From assembly GCA_964270895.1 (NCBI GenBank), contig OZ185447.1: a stretch of 64,000 nucleotides of DNA; one strand, written 5' to 3'. The notes beneath the pieces were generated by a model that was not told the DNA's origin, ran no database searches, and saw only the letters and a list, made by a program, of their open reading frames with translations. A program made the translations under genes and the position numbers. Source of the stretch: Podarcis filfolensis. Taxonomy: Eukaryota. Of this stretch, positions 22,601 to 33,800 are shown piece after piece. Position 1 is the stretch's first letter. The number at the start of each line of letters is the position of its first letter.

Positions 22601-25600
22601 TTTGAAGCTTTCCTGACTGAGAAGGGAATCCAGCATGACTTGTCAACGCCTAGATCGCCATGGATGAATGGGCTTGCGGAGAGAGCAAATCAAACGTTGC
22701 TGCAAGGAATAAAAACCTTGTTGCATGATGCCAACCTCCCTGAGAAGTTTTGGGGGGAGGCTCTCTCAAATTTAGTTTACACTTTTAATCGCAGACTGTC
22801 ATCACCTATTGGCTGCACTCCCTATGAGAAAATGTTTGGTAAGAAACCTAACACCAAGCACTTGAGAATCTTTGGTTCTGACATGTGGGTACACACCCCA
22901 CAAAGCAACAAGCTTGGGAAGCGTGGGGCACATGGTTTGTTCATGGGGTACGAAAAAGGTGCATACAGAGTATGGATGACTAACTCTAAATCCATAAAGT
23001 TCACAAGGAGTGTTGAGTACAATCCTAAGTGGGGGGGAAATGTGGGAATTTTCCAGAGTTACCCAGAGGAGGATGAAGGTGATGTGAAGAAAGCAGATCA
23101 TGCTGAGAAAGCTGAGGAAACTGAGGATGATGATGATGATGATGATCAGAGTTCGGATTCCAGTTCAGTGGGCGGCGCTGCTGCTGCTGTCAGTGACAGT
23201 GATGACACAGCAGACTACAAGAGCGCAAAGGCCTCAGTCAGACCATCTGATGCGTCTGACAATGAACTGGAAGAACCACTGTTCACCATTGGTCACTTTT
23301 CTCCTAAGAAGGAGGAGATGAGTCCAGAAGACTTGCGTCTAGTTCGCAGGTCTGAAAGGGCGACCAAAGGCAGACCTCCAAAGAGATTTGCTGATGAGTT
23401 TGCTAAGACGGCAACTGCTGTTCTTAGTAGCTCAGAGAAGGTGTGGGAACCTTCAAGCTTCAAAGAGGTTCAGGAGTTAACCTCTAAAGATGCTGAGCCT
23501 TGGCTTAATGCCATGAAGGCTGAAGTTGATTCCTTGAACAGGAACCAGACTTGGGAGCTGGTACCGGTAGTCCCAGGAATGAGACTGGTTGGCAGCAAAT
23601 GGGTCTTCAAGGCCAAGACAGACCAGAATGGCAAGGTTGTCAGACACAAAGCCAGATTGGTTGCCAGAGGTTTTTCACAGGTACCAGGGCAGGATTACCA
23701 CGAGACCTACTCACCCACGGTCAAATATGAGAGCATTCGGCTGATGCTCAAGATCGCTGCGGAGGAGAAACTGCATGTTTCCCATCATGACATAAATACA
23801 GCTTTTTTGTACGGGATTTTGGGGGAGGAGCTATACATGCTTCCACCTGACGGGATGCAGATACAGAAGGGAATGGTCTGTAAACTGCGGAAATCCTTAT
23901 ATGGTCTCAAGCAGAGTGCCAGGTGTTGGAACACAAAACTCACTGAAACGTTGCTTTCTCTAGGTTTTCACCAGGGCAAAGCTGATCCGTGTGTGTTTGT
24001 CAAGGAGGAGGGACAAAACAAACTGTATTGTTTATGTTTTGTTGATGATCTTCTGATGTTTTGGAAGAATCAGGCTTTCTACCAAAGCACCCTAGCTCAG
24101 CTGAAGGAGCACTTTGACATGAAGGATCTTGGTGAGGTATCCAACTATCTTTCTCTACAGGTGGAGAGGGACCAAGCAGGTAATTTTCTGGTACACCAAA
24201 CACAGAAAATTGCTGATGTATTAACCAGGTTGAATTTGGTTGATGCAAACCCAGCAGACACACCGATGGTGACAGGTTACCAGGTAGACAGTACTGCTGA
24301 AGCGTTTTCTGACACAACGCTGTACAGATGCATTCTAGGCAAGTTGAATTTCATTGCTAGATGTTCAAGACCTGACATTGCTGTAAGCACTAACCTGCTT
24401 AGCAGACATGCTAACAATCCTACTGTTCAGGATTGGAAAGCTCTGAAGCGCATAGCCCGGTATTTGAAAGGGACTATGCACTACAGGCTGAGGTTCACCA
24501 GTCAGAAGACTGGAGGTCTTGAAATCTTTGCAGATGCAAGTTTTGGAAGTGACACCACGGATGGTACAAGCACTTCTGGAGTATGCTACATGTACAACCA
24601 CTGCCTGTTTGACTGGTTGTGCAAAAAGCAGACGACAGTTAGCCTAAGTTCCTGTGAAGCAGAGCTCAATGCTCTGTCATTTTCACTCATGGATTGTGAA
24701 TGGTTGATGCAACTGTTTAAGGACATTGGGGTTTCTGTGAAATGTCCTATACAAGACAATAGATCTTGTTTGGCTTTGCTGAACTCGGAGAGTTGCAAGC
24801 AAAGGACCAAGTACTTGCAGATTAAGCTACATCGTGCAAGAGGGTGTATTCAGAAAGGACTCATTCAGGTGTCCTACATGCCAGGAAATGAAATTCCTGC
24901 TGATCTGTTGTCTAAGGTTGTTAACAGAGAACAACTTAAGGTTTACGTACAAAGGTTGCAATTGGGTTGAACCACAGGTACTACAGGTTACACGGAAAGG
25001 GGGAGGATGTTAGGATATTTCCGTTCCACCTTAAAAGGGAGCAGGATGTTTGTGTCACAGCCTGCGTATTTCCTGTTCACAGGATGTTTATGTTTGTCTG
25101 TTCCTTTCGTTTTCTGCTGTTTTGCCTGAGCAGTCGGAGCAGACGGTCATGTCTTCTTTTGTTCTGACCTACGCAAAATAAACTGTAAATATGCTGTCCT
25201 GCTGTGCAACTTTTGCTGTGTGAATTCTGCTGTTAGAGTGTGCACTAAGCCAGAGGCTTAGTGTCGCTAAATTGCTGATACTGCGTGACTACGGGAGGTC
25301 GATGGATCGTCCGGCACCGAGCTTGGGGGCTCAGATGGACCTTATCTCCCTGGCAGTATCCCAACAACAGCTCTATGGAAAAAAACATAATTTTTTGTTA
25401 TATTTTGGAAGAATAAGTTCAGTTATAATGCCCAAGCTTATGCTGCTTTCAACTTGTAGTAATAGTATTTATTTAGGCTGTCTTTAATTTCTTTTATTTA
25501 TTGTTAAAAGAAAAAAAATAAGGACTTTATCACATTAGGAATCAGAAGTTCTGTTTAAATGGCATTCCAAATTGTATTCACTGAAAAAATAATAATGTTT

Positions 25601-28600
25601 GCATCTTAAATTGTGAACTTCTTTTCGCCAAATAATATTTTTCTTAGAGTTTTTCACCATACAATAATATAACAGCTACAAAAACTACAGTCAAAACAGG
25701 AAGGATACCAAGTCCTTTCCTAGAGGCAATTCACAGCTCTCACCTGAGATCCCTCTTATTTCCTCCCTACCTCTTACTTGGGGGGGGGGCGCTAATACTT
25801 CCCTGTCTCCTGCCAAGGGCCCGCCATGACCACCCCTATGAAAAGTTAATCCCTGGGCCTAAACAAGGGCCCCACATATAGGACCTCACAAGAAAAAAAG
25901 AAGAAGAAAGAAAAGAGAGAAAGGAGAAAATAAAGGGAAAGGAATATTAGAGATAAATAAAAAAGGCTTCCAATGCATAATAAAGTCTCCATCTTTTGTG
26001 CCAAAATCACAGATATTTCGCACATGTTCTTTGTTAACTGAAGCTACGTTACTATACCTAAATAAGATTCATGAAGACATTTTTCTGTAAACCATGGCAT
26101 TTTATTCAAAATCTCATTTATGCCGTTTCTCATTCAACTTCATTTTCTCTTTCTATTAGCTGCATCCTATTCTTCATGACATTTCATTTAACAACTCAGC
26201 TGGAGAAACCGTGTCCTTTACTGATCAAAGAGAAGTGGGAGGAGGTTTTGACATCATGAACATAGTCACGTTCCCGAATAGGTCCTTCCTTCGATTGAAG
26301 ATTGGATGGGTTGATTCTGATGCAGATGATGGAAAAAAATTCATCATTAATGAGGACATGATTATATGGCACAATGATTTTAACAAGGTCTGGAATCTAG
26401 GCAGGGGTGCCAACTTGAATAAAATATTGGGGGGGGGGAGGTAAGCCCTGCGCCGATTAATCAGTTGCAAGACGTGGCTCATGCACACCTTTTGAATGAC
26501 AATGCCCATCACCTCTGGGAGAGGGTTGGCCCCTCAATTATTTTACTGAGGGTGTATGTGAAGTGAGTTTGGCCCCTAGAAGTTTTCTCCTATGACTCTA
26601 GAGTTTACTTGTAGGCCCCACATTCTCCTACTTATGAGCATAGTGACTTACTCCTCCACTGAATTCTTGTTTAAGCTACTTGTACAATGGCCTCTTAAGC
26701 CTGTGAGGCAGAGTATGGATGACGTTTCAGGTTAACTTTTTTCATTCACTTTGAGTTTGGGGCCTCAAAGGCAGTGTGAGTTTAAAAAAGGCTTACCAAA
26801 TACTGACAGGCTTAGGAGAGTGACAGAAGATTTGAATATCTGCCACATATGGTATTTCCGCTATAAAGTTTCTGACTTCTGAAAGTTAGTTAACAAAATG
26901 ACCCTAGATTTAACTGTATCTTGTATTTTGCCTCTTTCATTCCAGTGTCTTAACAAAAATGGGCTGATGGTTGGACAATGTATGAAGCAGTAGTCCTATG
27001 CCAATGTTTCTGGGATGAGAGAGCCCTTTCTTATTTGAACTTCAAAAGCTGAAATATTCTTTCAAATATTTATCCCTTCTGAAATGATTTCCTGCTTATT
27101 AATAGGTGATGCCAATTTCTGTGTGCAATGACTACTGTCGTGCTGGCTATCAGAAGAAAAGTAAGGAAGGACAGAAATTTTGCTGCTATGATTGTACTCC
27201 ATGTCCAGAAGGGAAGATTTCAAACCAGAATGGTATGTGACAGTTTTCATAGTACAAGATTAGCAAGTCTCTGTTGAAAACTACACTATCCTGCTTGGAG
27301 TGGTGTGAATATTTTATTGCTACTTTCCAGTAACACGTCATCAATACGTTCAAAAACAAAAGAGCCTGGTGAAATCCCAAGCTGGTGGATCTGAAAGTAA
27401 TCCCCCATCCCCAAAAATGATTTCATTGTACACATAATTTAAGTGAACCCAGTGCTTATTTTCCCAGTGTGCCTTCCCTTAAACATTTTGTGTATCTACG
27501 TTTGGCCTCAGTGAGGAGCAATATTGAAATATGAGTAGGAAAAGAAGAGTACCCCTAAACATTTTTTTTTAAAAAAAGCACTGAGTGAACCTATCAAGTA
27601 GTAAAATGGTACAGAAGTTGTAGATTTGCAAATGATGTGTGTAGTCAGAATGAAGCATGCTATATATCATCCATGGTGTAATTAGGCCAGAACTTTATTC
27701 ATTATGCTTCGGGGAAGAGGAAATGTCATGGCACTAATTCCAACCAGCATTTGCTATTTGAATGGCATTCCACTTGATGGTGTAGCTGCATTCGACATCC
27801 TTCAGAGTTGAACAAGGTTGGAGCTTTGTATTTGGGAAGGCAAGCAGCCAGGTTCCCAGTAGGGAACAGTATATGTATGTGAGTGGAAATAGGCAACACT
27901 GGGCCCGAACGGACCTAGTGGCAAGCCTTTCTCTTATCACTCTTTAGACCCTTTACAGTCCGCCTTATTGATGTGAGTTTCTGCCCATCATTTTGACAAA
28001 GGCTTCAGAATGCCTAGCAATGTCTACTGGCACTTACTGAAGGAAAGGCAAAAACATTCTAAGCTGGAGACAAATGAATATGGGAGCAAAATACTTTTTT
28101 TGGGGGGGTGTCTCTGTTAACAGCCCACCCAAAAAAAAAACCAAGGTTCCACTCACTATGTCATATTGGTGCCACAGCATGGCCACTTAAAAAATATGTA
28201 AAAAAACCACAAAACCTCTGTCAGATTCAGCAGCAATGTAATGAGTAATTCAAATATACAACCAGCTCTCTGACATTAAAGAAGGTTCGAAATAGATCAA
28301 CAGGATCAATAATGGCTACATAGTCAGCATAAAACACAGATGAATTGCAAATGGAGTTTGGCTTTCTTCTGTTTGTCAGATACGGCTGACTGCTTCAGAT
28401 GCCCTGAAGATCAGTATGCAAACAAGAAGAAAAATGGATGTATCCCTAAAACTATCAACTTTCTTTCTTATGAAGAACCTTTAGGGATCAGCTTGGCCTC
28501 ACTTGCTCTTTCTTTTTCCCTGATCACAACTTTGGTGCTTGCAGCGTTTATTCAGCACAAAGACACTCCAATTGTCAAAGCCAACAACAGGGATCTCACC

Positions 28601-29281
28601 TACACTCTCCTCATCACCCTCCAGTTCTGCTTCCTTTCATCTCTTCTATTCATTGGACACCCTGGCAAAATGACCTGCCTTCTTCGCCAAACAACCTTCG
28701 GCATTGTCTTCTCTGTGGCTGTTTCCTGTGTGTTGGCCAAAACCATCACCGTGGTTGCAGCTTTCATGGCCACCAAGCCTGGGTCCAGTATGAGGAAGTG
28801 GGTAGGGAAAAAGCTGTCCAACTCCGTTGTCCTTTCCTGCTCCCTCGTTCAAGCGATTATTTGTACTGGGTGGTTGATGACCTCTTCCCCATTTCCAGAT
28901 CAAGACATGCACTCGGTAATGGAAGAAATCATTGTGCAATGTAATGAAGGCTCAGTGACCATGTTTTACTGTGTCTTGGGCTACATGGGCCTCCTGGCCA
29001 TTGCCAGCTTCATTGTGGCATTTGCAGCTCGCAAATTGCCAGACACTTTTAATGAAGCCAAGTTCATTACCTTCAGCATGTTGCTGTTCTGCAGTGTTTG
29101 GTTGTCTTTTGTCCCAACTTACCTAAGCACTAAAGGCAAATCCATGGTGGTGGTGGAGATCTTCTCCATCTTGTCCTCCAGTGCTGGGTTGTTGGTCTGC
29201 ATCTTTGCCCCTAAATGCTACATCATTATTCTGAAGCCAGAGCTGAACAATAGGGAGCAATTGATAAGGAGAAGGATGTAA
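16656..29281 (+). CDS. Vomeronasal type-2 receptor, gene B, 874 aa (copia element in intron 3)
   Basis: Exons 16656-16867, 18568-18859, 19249-20112, 26160-26387, 27106-27232, 28380-29281. GT-AG, phases consistent, no stops, same domain motifs as gene A. Confidence 0.92.
17143..17281. mobile_element. Penelope-like fragment (same family as 9532)
   Basis: GTAGCCGTGTTGGTCTG...GTATCTGAAGAAGTGTGCATGCACACGAAAGCTTATACCAAGAAC...GGTGCTACTGG, with a partial internal inversion. Absent at the paralogous site in gene A intron 1. Confidence 0.6.
17851..18092 (+). mobile_element. Full-length Tc1/mariner-superfamily MITE
   Basis: TIRs CAGTGGTACCTC ... GAGCTACCACTG with TA on both sides. Paralogs A, C and D show the empty site TGTATACTGAGA, confirming a TA TSD. 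Confidence 0.88.
18233..18320. mobile_element. Penelope-like fragment
   Basis: CCAGTAGCACCTTAAAGACCAACTAAGTTAGTTCTTGGTATGAGCTTTCGTGTGCATGCACACTTC is identical to the left arm of the 9532 element. Confidence 0.65.
20532..20724 (+). repeat. 5' LTR (193 bp, internally deleted)
   Basis: Identical by eye to 25008-25052 plus 25221-25366 of the 3' LTR, joined through a short internal piece (CCTGA). Confidence 0.93.
20728..20741 (+). promoter_or_regulatory. Primer-binding site for the tRNA-iMet 5' half (copia type)
   Basis: GGTTATGGGCCCAG is complementary to the initiator tRNA anticodon stem-loop (CUGGGCCCAUAACC). This is the PBS type of Drosophila copia. Confidence 0.92.
20960..24970 (+). CDS. Copia gag-pol polyprotein, 1336 aa
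   Basis: Gag N-terminus [10 protein letters not shown]; protease [11 protein letters not shown] (D at 21791); HRRFCH...CVSC zinc motif; integrase HADLVGP / IDSFSRY / TDRGGEF / [10 protein letters not shown]; [37 protein letters not shown]; RNase H FADASF, SSCEAE, QDN. Confidence 0.96.
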   Translation: MEFFQASEAAECPKLNRDNYETWAKWCESLLRQFGVWHTVCEAPPVPLTGRWEAQNSRAIDVIVLSVSLEEIATLAGNTTARQMWNALKIAHLPVIPAQSLTASEVLAVSQNASECRDAEGTGCKLQGELTVMSSPAAFQPPGGAKESAAESSVSHGNQGQLCRGRKARSKQRRMPADGPKQKGGERPTPVENKALFAGTASPKAKGTSDGQEQGGKLQKPTPVENKVMFAGTAPPKAKGTSDGQEQGGKQQKPMPVENKVLFAGTASPKAKARFIVDSGCTRHITKDRHLFISFTPQEGEIHLADGRTLQAAGVGTVKLASLHTTIRDVLFVPGAADNLLSVPQLNGRGFEITFKRTVCVIRKGKEDFLHAKLMDGLFCLTYDDNVVISNADSCCVAQTNKVLHAGCIHDAHRRFCHLSWQALAKMPELVEGLDIKPCKFHMKCVSCAENKVKVAPKGKESSRQASKPYQLVHADLVGPLAPSLGGARYFMVLIDSFSRYIHVFVLEQKSQAFPRFKAFCAWLENAHGKRIGCLFTDRGGEFTSQQFEAFLTEKGIQHDLSTPRSPWMNGLAERANQTLLQGIKTLLHDANLPEKFWGEALSNLVYTFNRRLSSPIGCTPYEKMFGKKPNTKHLRIFGSDMWVHTPQSNKLGKRGAHGLFMGYEKGAYRVWMTNSKSIKFTRSVEYNPKWGGNVGIFQSYPEEDEGDVKKADHAEKAEETEDDDDDDDQSSDSSSVGGAAAAVSDSDDTADYKSAKASVRPSDASDNELEEPLFTIGHFSPKKEEMSPEDLRLVRRSERATKGRPPKRFADEFAKTATAVLSSSEKVWEPSSFKEVQELTSKDAEPWLNAMKAEVDSLNRNQTWELVPVVPGMRLVGSKWVFKAKTDQNGKVVRHKARLVARGFSQVPGQDYHETYSPTVKYESIRLMLKIAAEEKLHVSHHDINTAFLYGILGEELYMLPPDGMQIQKGMVCKLRKSLYGLKQSARCWNTKLTETLLSLGFHQGKADPCVFVKEEGQNKLYCLCFVDDLLMFWKNQAFYQSTLAQLKEHFDMKDLGEVSNYLSLQVERDQAGNFLVHQTQKIADVLTRLNLVDANPADTPMVTGYQVDSTAEAFSDTTLYRCILGKLNFIARCSRPDIAVSTNLLSRHANNPTVQDWKALKRIARYLKGTMHYRLRFTSQKTGGLEIFADASFGSDTTDGTSTSGVCYMYNHCLFDWLCKKQTTVSLSSCEAELNALSFSLMDCEWLMQLFKDIGVSVKCPIQDNRSCLALLNSESCKQRTKYLQIKLHRARGCIQKGLIQVSYMPGNEIPADLLSKVVNREQLKVYVQRLQLG
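21521..21777 (+). repeat. 99-bp (33-aa) in-frame tandem repeat, about 2.6 copies, at the Gag-protease junction
   Basis: Units start at 21521, 21620 and 21719: P(T/M)PVENK(A/V)(L/M)FAGTA(S/P)[16 protein letters not shown] partial earlier unit starts at about 21491. Confidence 0.92.
24994..25007 (+). promoter_or_regulatory. Polypurine tract
   Basis: GGAAAGGGGGAGGA directly abutting the TG of the 3' LTR. Confidence 0.9.
25008..25366 (+). repeat. 3' LTR (359 bp) with candidate poly(A) signal
   Basis: TG...CA ends; AATAAA at 25177-25182. Confidence 0.93.
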
Positions 29282-30885
29282 ATTTATTTTCTTTCTATAT
29301 TCTATTGTATTTTTATATAGAAGGGCTTTATGTGTAAAAGTGGTTACCTTGAATACATCCTCTGAGGTGATACTCCTTTGTTGGATCATTTTGGGATATT
29401 TAGGGTTTTGAAATTAAAGCAGATTAAAATCCTCTCTCACCTCAGGAGTAAGGAACAACTTGCTGGTGGGCCCTGTTTTGCCCAAACCACACCCACCTTA
29501 TTCTCAGATGACATCATAGGGGACTTCATAGGAACAATCAGGAGCTGAAGGTGAGTTTCCAGATTGTCTCTTCCCAGAAGATTCCCCTGGAGGGATGCTT
29601 CCAGCCTTCCCAGCCCCTCAATTTGAAAGTCTTATAAGAAGATTCTGCAGGAGAAGGACTTTGAGGAACATCATGAGATAGGTCTTTCTAGGAGCATGTG
29701 AAACTCCTATTTTACTTTGTAAAGTTGTCTGTTGCTCATGAAACCTTGTTGTATTTACTGGACTCAGGTGCAGCTTTTTGGTATGTTTTTATATTTGCCA
29801 TCATATTGTTCTATTATCCTGTTCTGATATTATTTTTGTGATGTTTGATTTTAAAATGTGTCCATTTATCCTTTGTTTATGGCAATTTGCCCACCATTAT
29901 AAAATCATAGCATTGTATGGTTGGAGGAGTCCCTCGGGGTCATCTGTTCCAACCCTTTAAATGATTGAACCTCAATTAAAGCATCCATGACAGATGACCG
30001 ACAGGTTAGTTGTCCTATCCACCTTTCAAAGACTCATTGCCTTCTGAATCCCAGTGACAGACAGGTTGGTTGTCCCTTCCACCTCTCAAACTTTGTCCCT
30101 CAAGGACTGGGAGAATGATCAATCTGGCCAAATGTGGGGAAATGTTACTGATTTCTGCTTTAGGACAAGAAACGTAATAATAAAAATGAACTTTTGTGGA
30201 TAGAAATGCAGTAGGGAAAGGCATTGAAAAGTGTGGAATTAGTAGTAGCTTGATTTACTTTCTATTCACTTATAAAAATGTATTTCTTATATGGGACTGA
30301 TTTACCTTATATTACTTTGTTCTGTAATACTGAATTATATTTCTTTCAGTAAAGAAACATGTTAACTGAAATTATCTGAGTGTCTTCCTTGAACCTTAAA
30401 TGCTTTGCTTGCTAATATCGAGCGGGAATAAATACTCTCCTCAATGTGGTGGTGCTGTCTGGGATAATCTAAGATGGTACTGTAATTGCTGAACAATGTG
30501 TTCTTAGCACACCAAGGAAAAACCCTTCTGCCACTTTTTTCTTTCATCTAAGCAGCAGGATGGGGAGTAAAAAAAAGTAAAAGTCTTACTCAGACTCTAA
30601 ACTCTGAATAAGTAATTAATATTCCTATTTGGCAATTACTCAAATCACTGTAATTTCCTATCCAGGCCAAATCCCCAGTTGGCTTCCTGGAGGGAAGAAA
30701 AAAAATCAACAAGCAAGCCTAAAAGTGTTTAAAAAATAAGCTCATATGTTATGGAGAGCTAGTGTAGGGGGAGAGACAGACAGGGCTCTATGAGTTCAAT
30801 TTAGGATAATATAATTTCTGTTACTTCTCAAGGAATGTATTTGCAACCCGTTGATGAAATGTTTCTCATAAGCTAGGCTGTCAGG

Positions 30886-33800
30886 ATGTTGCTGCTATTG
30901 GTGTTGCTGTTTCTAATAACGCCTGTTTCTATTACCTCTAATTCTATCCACTGCCCCGGGAATAATCATTTTCCTGTTCCACACGAGTGGTACCAGCCAG
31001 GTGAAGTCCTCATTGGTGGAGTTCTTTCTCAGAGCTTTTACAATTTCTATGAAATTTTGTATAAGGAACAACCATCAAAGAACGTGTTTGATGTTTCATA
31101 GTAAGACTTTTCCATTCCTCTTCTGGATTGCCCTTTCCTTTCTTTAATGTCTTTAAGACAGGAATCCCAAAGAGGGATTCTTTTATTACTGACATTTTCA
31201 AGTTGAAATGGGACCCACAATTTGCCTGAATACTGGAATAATAAAAAACACTTTTTCTATTTATTTATTTATAAACCTAGCCACTGTAACAGTTTATTTG
31301 AAGGAAATCGTGTATTTACAATTGCTTTGAGTATACTTATTGTCAGGAGTGGGGAAGAGAAGGGTGAAAATGTAAACAAATATACAGTGGTGCCTCAGGT
31401 TACAGACGCTTCAGGTTACAGAATCTGCTAACCCAGAAATAGTACCTCAGGTTAAGAACTTTGCTTTAGGGTGAGAACAAAAATCGTGCAGCGGCGGCGG
31501 TGCAGCAGCAGCAGGAGGCCCCATTAGCTAAAGTGGGGCTTCAGGTTAAGAAGAGTTTCAGGTTAAGAACTGACCTCCGGAACAAATTAAGTTCTTAACC
31601 CGAGGTACCATTGTACTACCACATATTCACAGTCAAGGTCCTTTAAAGTCTCGGTGTGTGCTGACTTGAATTGATTTCTTGGGTAAATTGTTACATCATG
31701 GTGAAAATTATCCTATATGGAGGGATATGGAAATTGGTTGAATTGTGTTGAAGCGGACACGGATTGCGACAGTTCAGGTTAGATACCACAAGGAAACCTG
31801 AGATTGTCAGAATGGAGCATTAGCCCAGAGAGGCTGACCTTGGGCTGGAAAACCTAAAGAAACAGGAGACTAATTTTGCCACCAGCTATGTCTTCCAGTG
31901 TGAAGGTACGGTACGTCCATTGCCACCTGACTCCCCTTTCCATCTGATGCACCACAGGATCAATGACTGGCCTTAGCTACAGTAGCCTGCACACCTCAAA
32001 CCTGTGGTTCTAACGTGCAAGCAACATTCCTACCCCAACCACAGCTGTATACTGAGAAAAAAGCTATCAGAATTCAGTGGGACTTTCATGTAAGTCTGTA
32101 TAACATTGCAGCTTTCAGTTAAATGAAGTTGTTGTCTACTGAAGGAGAAACAGATTTGTTTTATTTTTTTCTTGATCAACTGTGAGGGAAATGTATTGCA
32201 ATAGAAGAACAGCAGGTACATGAAAGTATCATGCAAAACAGTAATGTCCTGATCATTAGACAGTATGGATTTTATTAGCATAGATGTGCAATTACAAATT
32301 ACAAACGCAATCTTTTCATTTCAGTTTGAAACAGAAGATGTCTAATGTTGTAGTATATTCATATTTGTAATTAATTTGGTTTACTTGCAGTATGGTGCCT
32401 AAATTTTATCAGCATGTCCTAACATTGGCATTTGCTGTCAAAGAAGTCAATGAGAATCCCAACATCTTGCCCAATATCACACTTGGCTTCCACATCTATG
32501 ACAGCTATTATGATGCAAGGATGACCTACCGTACGACTCTAGACCTCCTCTTCAAAATGAGGACATTTGTCCCCAACTACAAATGTGACACCCAGAAAAC
32601 CCTCATATCCACCATTGGGGGACTTGGCCATGATACCACCTTCCATATGGCAGACACATTAGGTCTCTACAAGATTCCACAGGTAAGAGGTATGAAGGGG
32701 CCAAAGAGAATCTTTTCTTCCTGTCTCTATTGGTTGTTTTCATGTTTTTTTCTACATAGCAAACGTATTGGGAAGTATTCTAGTCAGTAATTTTACTCAG
32801 AGCAGACAGATCAAATTAATGGATCTACCACGATCAATAATGAAAAAATTAGTTTTATACAAGCCTGCATCTTTATCTCATATTCTTTGTAGATTGCTTT
32901 TTTCTGTTTTATTTCTAGGGATGTGAGACTGATCTGGTCACAGTTCAAATCAAAATGTGCAATTAGAAAAAAGAAAGCTTAGAATTTGTTGGGGGGGGAA
33001 CCCAAAGGTACAGGATGAATGTTTTCCATATGATTTGAGATTATATTCACATTTTCTTTCAGTTTGCATATGGTTCATTTCCCCCAACGGAGAGTGATGC
33101 AAGTCAGGTTCCTACCTTTTATCGGATGGTGCCCAATGAAGCCCACCAGTTTCTTGGCATTATCCACTTGCTTAAGCATTTTGGATGGACGTGGATCGGA
33201 CTCATTGCTCTGAACGATAACAGTGGAGAACATTTTTTGCAAACCCTGGAGCCATTGCTATCTCAAAATGGAATTTGCTCAGCCTTCACACAAATAATTG
33301 CAATACAACTCCACTTTGATAATGTGGATGAAATGCATGATATAGCTTTAAATATGTATGTGAAAATAAGAGATAATAAAGTCACTACACTTATTGTTTA
33401 TGGGGAATCTCTGGCAATTATAGCACTGAGACTTACTATATTTCTACCAGATCCTACAAATAAAGAAAACACATCATTTAAAAAGGTATGGATCTTTACA
33501 GCACAGACTGATTTCATATCTATGGGTCTTCTTAAGGTTTGGAATGTTCTGCTCTTCCGGGGTTCCCTCTCCTTCACAATCCACTCACAAAATCTTCTAG
33601 CATTCAAGGAATTTCTTCAGAGCATAAAGCCTTCCCAGAGCCAGGGAGATGGTTTCATCAAAGGCTTCTGGGAGCAAGCATTTGACTGTATTCTTCCCAA
33701 TTTCAATGCACCAATGGAGGTCTATGGTATGTGTACTGGAGAGGAGAGGTTGCAGAGTCTTCCAAGGTCTCTGTTTGAAATGAGCATGACTGGTCACAGC

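Larger units (their letters stand above)
20532..25366 (+). mobile_element. Ty1/copia LTR retrotransposon, near full length, very recent
   Basis: LTRs 20532-20724 and 25008-25366 begin TGTTAGGATA and end TATCCCAACA (9/10 inverted repeat). 5-bp TSD ACAGC at 20527-20531 and 25367-25371; the empty site AGCCTAACAGCTCTATG is seen in genes A and C. PBS, PPT and a single gag-PR-IN-RT-RH ORF in copia domain order. Confidence 0.97.

Noticed and set aside
23117-23145. Poly-Asp tract in the polyprotein
   Set aside because: A (GAT)n run in the normally variable, acidic integrase-RT linker.
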